From positions 20,564 to 84,563 of the forward strand of contig CBFIJD010000009.1 of assembly GCA_965662845.1 (NCBI GenBank): a stretch of DNA of 64,000 nucleotides, read 5' to 3'. The translations under genes and the position numbers were made by a program. The notes below the pieces were generated by a model, which was given only the letters and a program-made list of their open reading frames with translations, was not told the origin of the DNA and made no database searches. Shown piece after piece: positions 18,591 through 28,991 of the stretch; position 1 is the stretch's first letter; every line of letters starts with the position of its first letter. This DNA comes from an uncultured bacterium. Its GTDB lineage: Bacteria > SAR324 > NAC60-12.

Positions 18591-19469
18591 TTGGCATGCC
18601 GCAGCCAACACGCCGTGAAAGATTCGAAGTGGGAACAAAGTTGCATGCGCTGCCAAATGTCAAGAAGAACCTCACCAACTTGCACCACGTGGTCACCTTT
18701 GTCAGCATCTGATCGCTCCTCATTACCTGTTCTCCCTGCCTCCCAAACGCCTGCTTGGGCCTCGCATTGGCGAGTGGCGCGCGCGACACAGCTGACGCTC
18801 GGGGTCTCTGCTCAAGCAGTACGCCACGCGTGGCAAAACCGACTCACGCGGCAGCGCGCGGATGAACTCTTCCAGCGCTGGGCGCAGCGCTTGCTTATGT
18901 TGGTCAACACAAAGTACCAAATGTTCCACAGCACCCAGATTGAGCTGGAGCCCAATCGGCCGTATATGCTGATGAGCAACCACCGCAGTTTTTATGACAT
19001 TCCGTTGCTGGTGGCGGCGTTTCCTTACTCCTTGCGCATGATCGCCAAAAAAGAGCTGTTTCGCGTGCCCATTTGGGGCGCAGGCATGAACGCCGCAGAG
19101 TTCGTGTCCATGGATCGCACCAACCGCGAGAAGGCACAGCGCTCGCTGGAGAAAGCTCGTCGACTAATGCAAGATGGCGTGATGCTTTGGATTGCTCCAG
19201 AGGGGACGCGCTCTCGAAATGGCCAATTGCAGCCGTTCAAAAAGGGGGGCTTCCTCTTGGCGTTGCAGACCGGCGCAACGATCATCCCCGTGGGGTTGCG
19301 AGGTACCGAACAAATTATGCAGCCCGATAGCTATCGGCTCACGCTGGGCTGTTCCACCGAAGTGCATGTGGGGACGCCCGTCGATGCTTCCCAATATTCT
19401 GTCTCTCAACGCGCGAAATTGATGCGTGAAGTGGAAATCCAAATCCGTGCTTTGGCCGGAGAATCCTGA
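18591..19469 (+). CDS. plsC: 1-acyl-sn-glycerol-3-phosphate acyltransferase
   Basis: NHRSFYD (HX4D) and PEGTRS motifs; true start probably internal to the 292-aa ORF. Confidence 0.7.
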   Translation: MACRSQHAVKDSKWEQSCMRCQMSRRTSPTCTTWSPLSASDRSSLPVLPASQTPAWASHWRVARATQLTLGVSAQAVRHAWQNRLTRQRADELFQRWAQRLLMLVNTKYQMFHSTQIELEPNRPYMLMSNHRSFYDIPLLVAAFPYSLRMIAKKELFRVPIWGAGMNAAEFVSMDRTNREKAQRSLEKARRLMQDGVMLWIAPEGTRSRNGQLQPFKKGGFLLALQTGATIIPVGLRGTEQIMQPDSYRLTLGCSTEVHVGTPVDASQYSVSQRAKLMREVEIQIRALAGES

Positions 19470-19499
19470 ACTTCTCACCTTTTTCACGAGCAACGTTTT

Positions 19500-19973
19500 A
19501 TGTCGTCCCGGATGCTTACAGGCCTGCAACCAGAAACTCTGAGCGATCAACAGAAGACTTGGTTTGCGGTGGCGGTTTGTCACGCGATTGTCGCCGACGG
19601 CAACATCGACCCGAGTGAGTTGCAATACTTAGAGCAAGCGCTCTCGTTTTTGTCGTCTAAGTCGCAAGTTGATCAACTCGTGCAGAACGTCAAAGACCAA
19701 AAGCTTCCCAAGCTTGACCGGTTTCCGCAAGCCACTCGTGATTTAGAAGTGCGCATCTTCATTGAGCTGGCGCTCATTACCACGGTTGACGACGTGATCA
19801 GCACACGCGAGATCGACTTTTTGCTGACGATTGGACGCAAACTCGGCTTCGGACCTGAGTTCTCAAAAGTGTTGATTCGCTGGTCATCCGAAGGGATTAT
19901 TTGGCGCACCAAAATGCACAAACTCATCAACGCAGGCACCGAGCTCCCGCCTGAATATGCCGCAACTTCATGA
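19500..19973 (+). CDS. TerB-like / DjlA N-terminal-like domain protein
   Basis: 157 aa, paired amphipathic helices with DPSELQYLEQA and TREIDFLLTIGRKLG resembling TerB fold; overlaps next gene by 4 nt. Confidence 0.5.
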   Translation: MSSRMLTGLQPETLSDQQKTWFAVAVCHAIVADGNIDPSELQYLEQALSFLSSKSQVDQLVQNVKDQKLPKLDRFPQATRDLEVRIFIELALITTVDDVISTREIDFLLTIGRKLGFGPEFSKVLIRWSSEGIIWRTKMHKLINAGTELPPEYAATS

Positions 19974-21040
19974 TCCCAGTTTCTGAGAATCAGGCGACGA
20001 CGATTCGGCTGCTCACATTCTTTGCAGGCGGCCTCTTTGTGATTGCCTGCGGATTCATTCTGCAGACGCTCTCCAGCATCCTCATCCCTTTCTTTGTCGC
20101 CCTCTTCTTAGCATACTTAGCTGAGCCGCTGCAGAAAGTGCTGACCCGCTTTCGCTTTCCCGCCAGTTTGCGCGTGCTGGTGGTGCTGCTGACATCTGCC
20201 TTGCTGCTCTATCTTGTGGGGCAGTTGGTTTTCAGCAGCGTCAACGCCCTCACGGCGAATTTGCCGCGCTACGAAGCGCGCGTGATGAACATGATCCAGC
20301 AGATCTCAAGCGCGTTAGACATTCCGCCTGCCGACTTGCAAAAGTTCATTGACACCTTTCAGTGGGGCGACCACCTGACTCCCAGCTCGATTGCCTCTTT
20401 GGTCGGACAGGGCCTCGGAAACTTCGTAGAGTTTTTGACAAACCTGTTCTTGGTGTTGCTCTACCTGGTTTATCTGCTCTTTGAGCGAGAGACGTTCATT
20501 TTGCGTCTAGAGCGCTCGTTCTCGAAGCGGAGCGGAGCGGGGCCGCTCGTTCACGTGATTCATCGTATCAACGAGCAAATCGCGAGCTATCTCAATATCA
20601 AAACCGGCATCTCTGCGCTGACGGGAGCAGTGATCGCGGTGACGCTGTTGCTCTTCGGGGTGGACTTCGCGCTCTTCTGGGGGGTGCTCGCGTTCTTGCT
20701 GAACTTCATTCCTTCGGTGGGTTCCATCATCGCGACGCTGCCTCCGATTTTGATCTCCTTTTTGCAGTTTGAAACCTTCACGGAGCCGCTGGTGATCTCG
20801 GTGATTTTGATCTCTACGCAGGTTGTGGTTGGCAACGTGCTGGAACCCAAAGTGATGGGCGACAGCCTGGGCATGAGCCCGCTGATTGTGATTCTGGCGT
20901 TGATTTTTTGGGGCTGGCTTTGGGGGCCGGTGGGGATGATCCTGTCGGTTCCGATTGTCTCGGCCTTCCGCATTGTTTGCGAAAATATCGAACCGTTGCG
21001 CCCGATTGGTCGCTTCCTCACAGACCCGAAACCCCATTAG
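19970..21040 (+). CDS. AI-2E family (PerM/UPF0118) transporter
   Basis: 356 aa, 8 TM helices, conserved layout of AI-2E family. Confidence 0.8.
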   Translation: MIPVSENQATTIRLLTFFAGGLFVIACGFILQTLSSILIPFFVALFLAYLAEPLQKVLTRFRFPASLRVLVVLLTSALLLYLVGQLVFSSVNALTANLPRYEARVMNMIQQISSALDIPPADLQKFIDTFQWGDHLTPSSIASLVGQGLGNFVEFLTNLFLVLLYLVYLLFERETFILRLERSFSKRSGAGPLVHVIHRINEQIASYLNIKTGISALTGAVIAVTLLLFGVDFALFWGVLAFLLNFIPSVGSIIATLPPILISFLQFETFTEPLVISVILISTQVVVGNVLEPKVMGDSLGMSPLIVILALIFWGWLWGPVGMILSVPIVSAFRIVCENIEPLRPIGRFLTDPKPH

Positions 21041-21051
21041 AGTGAGTCGTT

Positions 21052-21981
21052 ATGTTGCGCACTGCTGTGATTGGTGTTGGCTACCTCGGACGGTTTCACG
21101 CACAAAAATATGCGTCGCTACCGGATTGTGAGCTCGTCGGCGTTGTGGACTCGGATCCAGACCGAGCCGCGAGCGTGGCGCAAGAGGTTCAAACGCAAGC
21201 ATTCAGCGATTACCAAGCGCTGCTAGGCAAGGTAGACGCCGTGAGCATTGTGGTCCCGACGAGTCATCACTACGCGCTGACCAAACCCTTTCTGGAAGCG
21301 GGCACTCACGTTCTGCTTGAGAAGCCCTTTGCGACGACTGTGGCAGAAGCGGAAGAGCTGGAACAGCTGGCCCAAACCAAAAACCTTGTGTTGCAAATTG
21401 GACACTTGGAGCGCTTCAACGTGGTGTTCACCGAGTTTCAGTCGCTCATTGATCGGCCGCGCTTCATCGAAAACATTCGCATCGCGCCGTTCCCTCAGCG
21501 AGCGACAGACGTGGATGTGATCCTCGACTTGATGATCCATGACATTGACTTAGTCCTCGCGGTCGCGGGAAGCATGCCGGTGAGCGTAGAGAGCACGGGC
21601 GTTCCCATTTTGACTCGCCACGTGGACTTGGCGCATGCCCGGTTGCGCTTTGCCGATGGCTGCGTCGCGAGTCTGACGGCTAGCCGCGTGTCAGACAAAG
21701 CGGAGCGCAAGATGCGAATTTTTCAATCGGGGCTGTACCTCTCGCTCAATTATGGAACGGGCGAAGCGCGCAAACTACAGATTGATTTGGATGCAGAACT
21801 CCGCCCCGAAGATCTGCAACCAGAGACGTACCAGCTTGAACGCGGAGACGCTCTCATGCTGGAAGTTCAAGACTTCTTGCGCTGCGTGCGAGAAGGCGTG
21901 GCCCCACAAGTTTCTGCGCAAGACGGACGACAAGCTCTGCAAGTCGCGTGGGAAGTGAAGCAACAAATTGATCAGCTCTAA
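21052..21981 (+). CDS. Gfo/Idh/MocA family NAD(P)-dependent oxidoreductase
   Basis: LRTAVIGVGYLGRFHAQ Rossmann N-terminus, EKP motif (LLEKPFA). Confidence 0.75.
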   Translation: MLRTAVIGVGYLGRFHAQKYASLPDCELVGVVDSDPDRAASVAQEVQTQAFSDYQALLGKVDAVSIVVPTSHHYALTKPFLEAGTHVLLEKPFATTVAEAEELEQLAQTKNLVLQIGHLERFNVVFTEFQSLIDRPRFIENIRIAPFPQRATDVDVILDLMIHDIDLVLAVAGSMPVSVESTGVPILTRHVDLAHARLRFADGCVASLTASRVSDKAERKMRIFQSGLYLSLNYGTGEARKLQIDLDAELRPEDLQPETYQLERGDALMLEVQDFLRCVREGVAPQVSAQDGRQALQVAWEVKQQIDQL

Positions 21982-23090
21982 TGCTCACCCGCTCGCTATT
22001 TTTTCAGCTCATCCCCCCATATCTGCTGGCCGTGTTCGTGCTGACGTTCATCATGTCGATGGACACGGTCTATAAACTCATCAACCTGATCGTCTCCCGT
22101 GGGGTCGATGTGGGGAGCGTGGGGCGCATGCTGCTCTATCGCATGCCGCAGTTCTTGTCGGTGACGTTGCCGATTGCGGTGGTGATCGCGGTGGTGGTGG
22201 TGCTGGTGCGCCTCTCGTCCGACTTGGAGATCACGGCGATGCGCGCCTCTGGAGTGAGTGCTTGGCAACTGGCGAAGCCCGTGCTGCTGTTTGGTGTGTT
22301 GGCGACGACGCTGGATTTGTCGATCACCTTGTGGGCACAGCCTGCAGGCTACGCCGCGTATGAGGCGGAGACGATCAAACTCTTGAAATCCCAAACCGCC
22401 AAGACCGTGAAGCCCGGCGTGCTGAACTTCGATTTCAACGGCAAAGTTCTCTATGTCGAGGAAAAGACGGAAGATGAAGAGCTGCGCGGGGTGTTCATTA
22501 CAGATCGAGAGCTACGCCCGAACTCGCTCGTCTCTCTCTCCAACAGCGGCAGGATTGTTGTGCGGGATGAGGAACAGGATGTCCTGCTTCATCTCAAACA
22601 GGGAGAAATGCACACTGGCGACGAAGAAGGCGGCTATCGCATCCTGCAATTTGAAGAGTTTCAATATCAGTTCCGCCCCCCCGCTATCGCAGACACTCCC
22701 GACCGCAAAGTGTGGGGGATCTCCACGCTTGAATTGCTAGAAAGAACGGATCTCTCCGCCCAACGCGAGATGCAACTGCGGTTGACGACTCCCTTCGCCT
22801 GTCTGGCCTTCGCCCTTGCCACCATTGGTGTTGGCATGGTGGACCCGCGTCGCGGGCGTTCCAACGCCTATTTGCAAGCGCTCGCGCTGGTGGTGGCTCA
22901 CTACATTCTGTGGTCGATGTGCAAAGAACTCACGACAGGCAAAGACAATCAAACACCTCTTGTGCTTTGGGTTCCCCCTGTCTGCATTCTCTGCTTCGGT
23001 CTTTATCAACTGCAACGCATCAACCGCAACTGGCCCGGTCCTGTCGAATGGCTTATCTCACAAATTTATCGCCCACGCCTCGCGCGTTGA
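21981..23090 (+). CDS. LptF/LptG (YjgP/YjgQ) family LPS export permease
   Basis: 369 aa, 6 TM with large periplasmic loop, N-terminal FQLIPPYLLAVFVLTFIM typical of LptF/G. Confidence 0.7.
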   Translation: MLTRSLFFQLIPPYLLAVFVLTFIMSMDTVYKLINLIVSRGVDVGSVGRMLLYRMPQFLSVTLPIAVVIAVVVVLVRLSSDLEITAMRASGVSAWQLAKPVLLFGVLATTLDLSITLWAQPAGYAAYEAETIKLLKSQTAKTVKPGVLNFDFNGKVLYVEEKTEDEELRGVFITDRELRPNSLVSLSNSGRIVVRDEEQDVLLHLKQGEMHTGDEEGGYRILQFEEFQYQFRPPAIADTPDRKVWGISTLELLERTDLSAQREMQLRLTTPFACLAFALATIGVGMVDPRRGRSNAYLQALALVVAHYILWSMCKELTTGKDNQTPLVLWVPPVCILCFGLYQLQRINRNWPGPVEWLISQIYRPRLAR

Positions 23091-23731
23091 TCTCTCCAGT
23101 CTTTACCTGGTTTGCGCTGATTGCCCTCTCGTGGGGGACGCCTGTGCTGGCTGTGACGCTGCAAGATGTGCAAGAGCGCTATCTCGCGATTCGTAGTTTT
23201 GCTGGAACCTTCACGCAACAGACAGCCTCCCTGAACTCAGAAATCCCGGTGCGGCAAGCCCAAGGAACCATCGCTTACGAACGCCCTGGCAAGATGCGCT
23301 GGGAATACGGCGCTCCTGAAGAACAGCTTCTGGTGACCGATGGTGAGACGCTCTGGTTGTTTGATCCGCTGTTGGAGAATGTGACCATCCAAGCGTTGGC
23401 CGCCGTCACCGACGGAACGGCGCTGGCGTTTTTGTTGGGGGTGGGAGAGCTGACGGAAGATTTTACGCAACGGCGGGTGACGCAGTCGCTGTTGTCTGAA
23501 GAGGAAGGTTGGGAAGTGTTAGAGCTCGTGCCGAATCTGCCCGTGGCAAATGTGGAGTTTGTGCAGCTCGGCGTGGCGCCCGACACGGGCGATTTACAAG
23601 CCTTGCTCGTGATGGATCGCGCCGGCAGCTACCGCACGATTGTGTTCCGCGATCTGAGCTATGATGTGACGTTGGACGCCGCGCTGTTTACCTTCGAGAT
23701 CACGCCGCGCATGGAAGTGATTCGCCCCTAG
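23048..23731 (+). CDS. lolA: Outer-membrane lipoprotein carrier protein LolA-like
   Basis: Signal peptide MAYLTNL...ALIALSWGTPVLA then LolA-like TLQDVQERYLAIRSFAGTFTQ...GTIAYERPGKMRWEY...TLWLFDP. Internal ATG of the 22910 track ORF. Confidence 0.7.
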   Translation: MAYLTNLSPTPRALISPVFTWFALIALSWGTPVLAVTLQDVQERYLAIRSFAGTFTQQTASLNSEIPVRQAQGTIAYERPGKMRWEYGAPEEQLLVTDGETLWLFDPLLENVTIQALAAVTDGTALAFLLGVGELTEDFTQRRVTQSLLSEEEGWEVLELVPNLPVANVEFVQLGVAPDTGDLQALLVMDRAGSYRTIVFRDLSYDVTLDAALFTFEITPRMEVIRP

Positions 23732-23998
23732 TTCTGTGCGCAGGGGGCGTTTTGACAGCAAACGTTGGTCTACCTAACAGCGCCCAAGCCTCTGCAACAG
23801 CCGCCTTGGCAGCCACTCCAAAAGATCTTTGGCGAATCCAACACGCAGCCACTCACAGAGATGGGGCCGGTATCCGAGCAGAATGGGCGGCTTTCGTCAC
23901 AAATAGTCCGAAGAGCGTCTCTTCGATGAGTTGCCTGAAGGCGAGCCCCCCAAACTCTTGGAAAGCTTGGGGCTGCGTCGGAGGACGTCGGAGAATGA

Positions 23999-26638
23999 TC
24001 AAAGGGATTCTTGGCGTTTGCTCGTCGTGATGTCGCGCGCGATGCCGATCATGAGGGAACTCTCGTCGATTTTTTGCGAGCTGCCAAAGATTTCGACCCA
24101 GCGGATCTGATCGTCTGGTAGCTGAAGGCGATAGACCGCGTTGGCATTTTCCCCGGCCGCAATTTGTTCCCACAGCGCGCGCGCGATCTCTAGGTCGGCT
24201 GCATGAGTTTGGTGTAGCACCGCTGTGGTGGTCAAGACCTCTGCTGTCGTGAGCCCAAATAGGTCGCGGAGTTGACCGCTCGGTTGCACAAACGTATGCG
24301 CGGTGAGGTCAACTTGAAACGAGACAAAGCCTGCAATTTGGAGGCTCATCGCCAGCTCCCACAACAAGCGCTCCCGTCCTTGCTCTTGTTGTTCTTGCGA
24401 CGTGATGTCTTGCACAATTCCCAACAGCTTCACTTGGCCGTGGCTCTCTTTGATTTCACTGCTCAGCTCCAGCCAGCGCAGTCCGCGTTTGGGGTGCTGA
24501 ATGCGGAACCGCAAACGCGCGCTTTGATCGAGTCGCAATTCCTCGGCGGCGCGTTGCACCATCGGCAAATCATCGGGATGCAGGTTCTCTAGCAGGTCGT
24601 CAATCTCGATCCAGTCAAAGCCCTCGACCCCAAACAAGTCCAAACAACGCCAGTCTGCTTGCACCTGCTCCATCTCAATATCGGGCTGCCAATAGACACC
24701 GAGACCGGCGACTTCTAGGCTCAAGTTCAGCTTGTCCAGCAGCTGCTCTCGTTCTCGTTGAACCTCTTTCTCGATGGTGATGTCGCGGGACAAACCGACG
24801 ACGTAAGGCTGGCCATGGATGGTGCGCAGGTGTCGATGCGTTCGGACCCAGCGCCAGCCACCTTGTGGGTGCTGAATGCGGACGTCAAAGACGCTGCGCT
24901 GACACCGCCCTCCCAACAAGTCTCGGTTGCTGCCTCGCACCATCTCTACGTCGTCAGGGTGCATGCGGGAGGTGATATCGGCGATGCTTATTTCATGCTC
25001 CGGCGCAAAGCCGACTAACTCTCGGAAGCGCTCGTCGGCTTCGGTGTAGCGCTCGGTGAGAGGATCTAAGCGAAAGGTTCCGAACTCTCCAGAGGCGATG
25101 CTCATCTCTAGGTTTTCTAGCAACTGCAGCCGCTCGTTCTCATGAGCCGATTTGTTCTCGTGAATGTCGCGCGCGATTGCGGAGACCTTGCGATGTCCAT
25201 CAGCGATGCTCTGCATGGCGACTCCTTCCATCCAACGCCACGAGCCATCGGCTTGCAGGGTGCGATATTCCACGGTCTCGGGGTCATGCTTCCGAGCCCC
25301 ACGGAGGATTCCCCGCAAAATTTCTGTGCGATCTTCAGGGTGAATGCGCTGGGTAATGAGCTGAGGGGTGGGGGGCTCTCCCCGCTCGGTGAGGCCATAC
25401 AGCTCGCACATGCGGGCGTCAAACTGATCAAAAGTGCGTGTGCTCAAGTCAAACTGTTGAAAGCCAAATTTGCCGAGTCGCATGGCTAACTGTAAGCGAC
25501 CGAGCAACAAAGCGTTCTCTTGTTCTGCGAGTTTGCGCTGTGTGATCTCGAAGCGAATGGCGAGGTAGCGTTCGGGGCGTCCGCGGTCGTCTTGGATGGG
25601 CACAATAGTGGTGTCGACCCAGTAGAAGCTGCCGTCTTTGGCTTGATTGCAGATCTCTCCGCGCCACACGTGACCACGGCTGATGGAGCGCCAGAGGTCG
25701 ACATAGAGGTCGTCAGTGTGTTGCCCCGACTTGAGCAAGCGATGGTTCTGGCCGATCAACTCAGCGCGATCATAGCCGGAGATGTCGCAGAACTTGTTGT
25801 TCACATAAGTAATGCTGCCTCGCCGGTCTGTGATCGCGACGATGGCGCTTTGGTCAAGGGAGTATTGATAGCTCTCCAGCAGGCGCTGTGTTTGGTGTGA
25901 CTCGGTGATGTCTTGGACGGCGCCAACGATCTCGGCGGTTCCATCGGGCAGGCGCTGCAAGGTGGCTTCGGTTTGCATCCAGCGCAACCCTTGAGAGGGC
26001 AGATGAACTTGAAAGATCAAGGGAGTGGGCTGCAAGCCAGCAGCGATATCTGCCAGCCACTGTTGGATGGGTGCGTGATCTGTTGGATTGACTCGCGTGA
26101 GCGCTTGCTCAAGATGAATCTCTGTCTGCGGAGTCATTTCCCACAAAGGGTAGTGTTCGGCGCTCCACCACAGCTGTTGTTGCTCCACATGAAAGCGCCA
26201 ATAGGCAGAGCGAATGAGCACACGCACGCGCCGCGAGAGCTGTTGTTCTTCTTGAAGCTCTCTGAGCAGGCGCTGCGGTTCTTCAGCGCGCTTGCGAGCG
26301 GCTGGGAGGTCTGTGAGCGCACCGCAGGAGTCGTCACCGCCGCGTGTGCTGCGCTGCTGTGGGCGCTTGGGGAGGGGAGAGCTTTGGGGGGAGGGGCCCC
26401 GTTGCGGAGAGCTGGCGAGGTGCGTTTGCAGTTCGTTCAGGGCCCGAATGGCGGGGTCGTTCTCAGGGTTAGGGAGCGGTTCGAGGGGGTGGTCAAGCGG
26501 CATGGAGCCGAGCAACTGGAGACGCTCTTGAATTTGGCGAAGTTGGTTGGGAGACGGCATGGTGAGATGAAGATTGTGAGAAAAATCGTGTGTAGACGTA
26601 GCGCACTCAACATACGAGCGAACGGCGGCAATCCGCAA
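23999..26638 (-). CDS. Multi-PAS/PAC domain protein without recognisable output domain
   Basis: 879 aa with at least five PAS/PAC units (e.g. ITDRRGSITYVNNKFCDISGY, WRWMEG, WRWVRT); no kinase, GGDEF, EAL or HTH seen. Start ambiguous (TTG at 26638 or ATG at 26560). Confidence 0.7.
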   Translation of the reverse strand: MRIAAVRSYVECATSTHDFSHNLHLTMPSPNQLRQIQERLQLLGSMPLDHPLEPLPNPENDPAIRALNELQTHLASSPQRGPSPQSSPLPKRPQQRSTRGGDDSCGALTDLPAARKRAEEPQRLLRELQEEQQLSRRVRVLIRSAYWRFHVEQQQLWWSAEHYPLWEMTPQTEIHLEQALTRVNPTDHAPIQQWLADIAAGLQPTPLIFQVHLPSQGLRWMQTEATLQRLPDGTAEIVGAVQDITESHQTQRLLESYQYSLDQSAIVAITDRRGSITYVNNKFCDISGYDRAELIGQNHRLLKSGQHTDDLYVDLWRSISRGHVWRGEICNQAKDGSFYWVDTTIVPIQDDRGRPERYLAIRFEITQRKLAEQENALLLGRLQLAMRLGKFGFQQFDLSTRTFDQFDARMCELYGLTERGEPPTPQLITQRIHPEDRTEILRGILRGARKHDPETVEYRTLQADGSWRWMEGVAMQSIADGHRKVSAIARDIHENKSAHENERLQLLENLEMSIASGEFGTFRLDPLTERYTEADERFRELVGFAPEHEISIADITSRMHPDDVEMVRGSNRDLLGGRCQRSVFDVRIQHPQGGWRWVRTHRHLRTIHGQPYVVGLSRDITIEKEVQREREQLLDKLNLSLEVAGLGVYWQPDIEMEQVQADWRCLDLFGVEGFDWIEIDDLLENLHPDDLPMVQRAAEELRLDQSARLRFRIQHPKRGLRWLELSSEIKESHGQVKLLGIVQDITSQEQQEQGRERLLWELAMSLQIAGFVSFQVDLTAHTFVQPSGQLRDLFGLTTAEVLTTTAVLHQTHAADLEIARALWEQIAAGENANAVYRLQLPDDQIRWVEIFGSSQKIDESSLMIGIARDITTSKRQESL

Positions 26639-26919
26639 ACCTTATGTCAGAGTTGGATCAGGAAATATGTTCACACGCCGGCGCGTAGAGCTTCGGCTCT
26701 CTGTGATGCAGGGACTGAGCGCGCTGGGGGGATGCGCGGTTTTGGGGGAGATAAGAAAATTGAGACGGGTTTCTTGTTTTAGGAAATTCGACAAGACATT
26801 ACGCTAGGATTCTGTTAGCGTCGCGAATTCTTCACGCCTAAAATGGTAGAAGATTTGATTCACGCGTATGATGCGTTGCAATTTTCTCAAGAAATAACAA
26901 TCAAAGAGGGAGGCTTGTT

Positions 26920-28878
26920 ATGGCAGAAACGAATGCTCAGGTGTTTCACGTCCCCGAATCATTCAAAGATGCCCTAATCAACGAAGAGCTTTACGAGCAG
27001 ATGTATCAGGAATCCATAGAGGATCCTGAAGGGTTTTGGGCAAAACAGGCCGAGCGCATCCACTGGTTCAAGAAGTGGGATAAAGTCAGAGAGGTGGACT
27101 ACCACACGGCAGACATCAAGTGGTACTTGGGTGGCAAGACCAACGTCTCGTACAACTGTTTAGACCGCCATTTGGAAGGTGCAAAGCGCAATCAGGCCGC
27201 GTTGATTTGGGAAGGTGACGATCCACACTCTGTCCGCACGTACACCTATCTGCAGCTGCACCGTGAGGTCAGCCGCTTCGCGAACGTGCTCAAAAAACAC
27301 GGCGTCACGAAGGGCGACCGCGTTGTGCTCTATCTCCCGATGATTCCAGAGCTGCCGATTGCCATGTTGGCTTGTGCTCGGATTGGTGCGATTCACTCCA
27401 TTGTGTTTGGTGGGTTTAGCTCTGATGCGCTGCGCAGCCGCATTGAGGACTGCACGCCCAAGCTCGTTGTGACGGCAGACGGGGGGTTTCGTGGTGGCAA
27501 GAACGTGCCGTTGAAGCACAACTGCGACAAGGCGATGGAAGGGATGGAGACGATCACCTCCTGTATTGTGGTCAAGCACACCGGCGTACCGGTGGAGATT
27601 ACGACTCCACGCGACCACTGGTGGCACACGGAAATTCACTCCAAAGACATCTCGAATCAATGCCCAGCGGAAGAGCTGGACGCGGAAGATCCGCTTTTCA
27701 TTCTCTACACCTCCGGCTCCACAGGGAAGCCAAAGGGCGTGTTGCACACGACCGGGGGCTACATCACCTATGCGTCGTTAACGCATCAATATGTGTTTGA
27801 TTACCGTGATGGAGAAACGTACTGGTGTACGGCTGACATTGGTTGGGTGACCGGACACACATACATCGTGTATGGGCCGCTCGCGAACGGTGCGACGTCT
27901 GTCATGTTCGAAGGAGTCCCCAACTATCCACAGTGGGACCGCTTCTGGGACATTGTTGAGAAGCATCAAGTCAACATCTTGTACACGGCGCCGACGGCGA
28001 TTCGTGTGATCGCGAAAGAAGGAGATGAGAACGTAGAGAAGCACGACCTGAGCAGCTTACGCTTGCTGGGATCTGTGGGGGAGCCGATCAACCCAGAGGC
28101 GTGGCTGTGGTATCACCGTGTGGTTGGCAAGGAGAAGTGCCCGATTGTGGATACATGGTGGCAGACAGAGACGGGCGGGATTTTGATTTCACCCCTGCCT
28201 GGGGCAACGAAGCTCAAGCCGGGTTCGGCGACGCGCCCCTTCTTTGGCGTCCAACCTGTGTTGGTTGACCCGCAAACCGGCGAAGAACTGGAAGGAGCGA
28301 CAGAAGGGGCGCTGTGTTTGAAGGACTCATGGCCCGGTCAAATGCGTAGCGTTTATGGAGACGCCGAGCGTTTCTACAACACCTACTTTGTGCAATACAA
28401 AGGCATGTATTTCACGGGGGACGGTGCTCGACGCGACGAAGATGGCTACTTCTGGATTACGGGCCGCATCGACGACGTGATCAACGTCTCGGGGCACCGG
28501 ATGGGCACCGCAGAGATTGAGTCCGCGTTGGTGCTGCACAAAGATGTGGCAGAAGCTGCCGTGGTGGGCTTCCCCCACAAAGTGAAGGGCCAAGGCATCT
28601 ATGCGTATGTCACCGTCAATAATGAAGTGACTCCCAACGAAGAGCTACACACCGAGCTTGTGAAGTTGGTGCGTAAGGAGATTGGGCCAATCGCTACCCT
28701 TGACGTGATCCAGTGGGCGCCAGGGCTGCCGAAGACGCGCAGTGGAAAAATCATGCGCCGCATTTTGCGCAAAATCGCCGAGAACCAGTCCGATAGCATC
28801 GGAGATACTTCAACACTGGCCGATCCATCGGTTGTAGAGAACCTCGTCGAGAACCGTATGAAGACCGGCGAAGAATAG
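26920..28878 (+). CDS. acs: Acetyl-coenzyme A synthetase
   Basis: 652 aa; [14 protein letters not shown]-binding motif, Acs-type N- and C-termini. Confidence 0.95.
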   Translation: MAETNAQVFHVPESFKDALINEELYEQMYQESIEDPEGFWAKQAERIHWFKKWDKVREVDYHTADIKWYLGGKTNVSYNCLDRHLEGAKRNQAALIWEGDDPHSVRTYTYLQLHREVSRFANVLKKHGVTKGDRVVLYLPMIPELPIAMLACARIGAIHSIVFGGFSSDALRSRIEDCTPKLVVTADGGFRGGKNVPLKHNCDKAMEGMETITSCIVVKHTGVPVEITTPRDHWWHTEIHSKDISNQCPAEELDAEDPLFILYTSGSTGKPKGVLHTTGGYITYASLTHQYVFDYRDGETYWCTADIGWVTGHTYIVYGPLANGATSVMFEGVPNYPQWDRFWDIVEKHQVNILYTAPTAIRVIAKEGDENVEKHDLSSLRLLGSVGEPINPEAWLWYHRVVGKEKCPIVDTWWQTETGGILISPLPGATKLKPGSATRPFFGVQPVLVDPQTGEELEGATEGALCLKDSWPGQMRSVYGDAERFYNTYFVQYKGMYFTGDGARRDEDGYFWITGRIDDVINVSGHRMGTAEIESALVLHKDVAEAAVVGFPHKVKGQGIYAYVTVNNEVTPNEELHTELVKLVRKEIGPIATLDVIQWAPGLPKTRSGKIMRRILRKIAENQSDSIGDTSTLADPSVVENLVENRMKTGEE

Positions 28879-28934
28879 TTTCTACCACCAAAATACTTTT
28901 CTAACATTTTTCTTGTAATACCTTCCCCCACTTC

Positions 28935-28955
28935 GTCCGCCCGCATTGGGCGGAC
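28935..28955 (+). terminator. 8-bp perfect stem hairpin gtccgccc-gcatt-gggcggac downstream of acs
   Basis: Read directly; followed by moderately T-containing tract. Confidence 0.45.
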
Positions 28956-28991
28956 AGTCTCGCTTACTTATCACCTCCCAAGGAGACCTCC

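Noticed and set aside
20507-21037. 176-aa His/Arg-rich minus-strand ORF
   Set aside because: Antisense to the AI-2E transporter gene; low-complexity composition.
23752-24030. 92-aa plus-strand ORF and 106-aa minus-strand ORF in the lolA/PAS convergent gap
   Set aside because: No RBS, no motif, Ala/Ser/Arg-biased. Treated as non-coding spacer, though a small RNA cannot be excluded.
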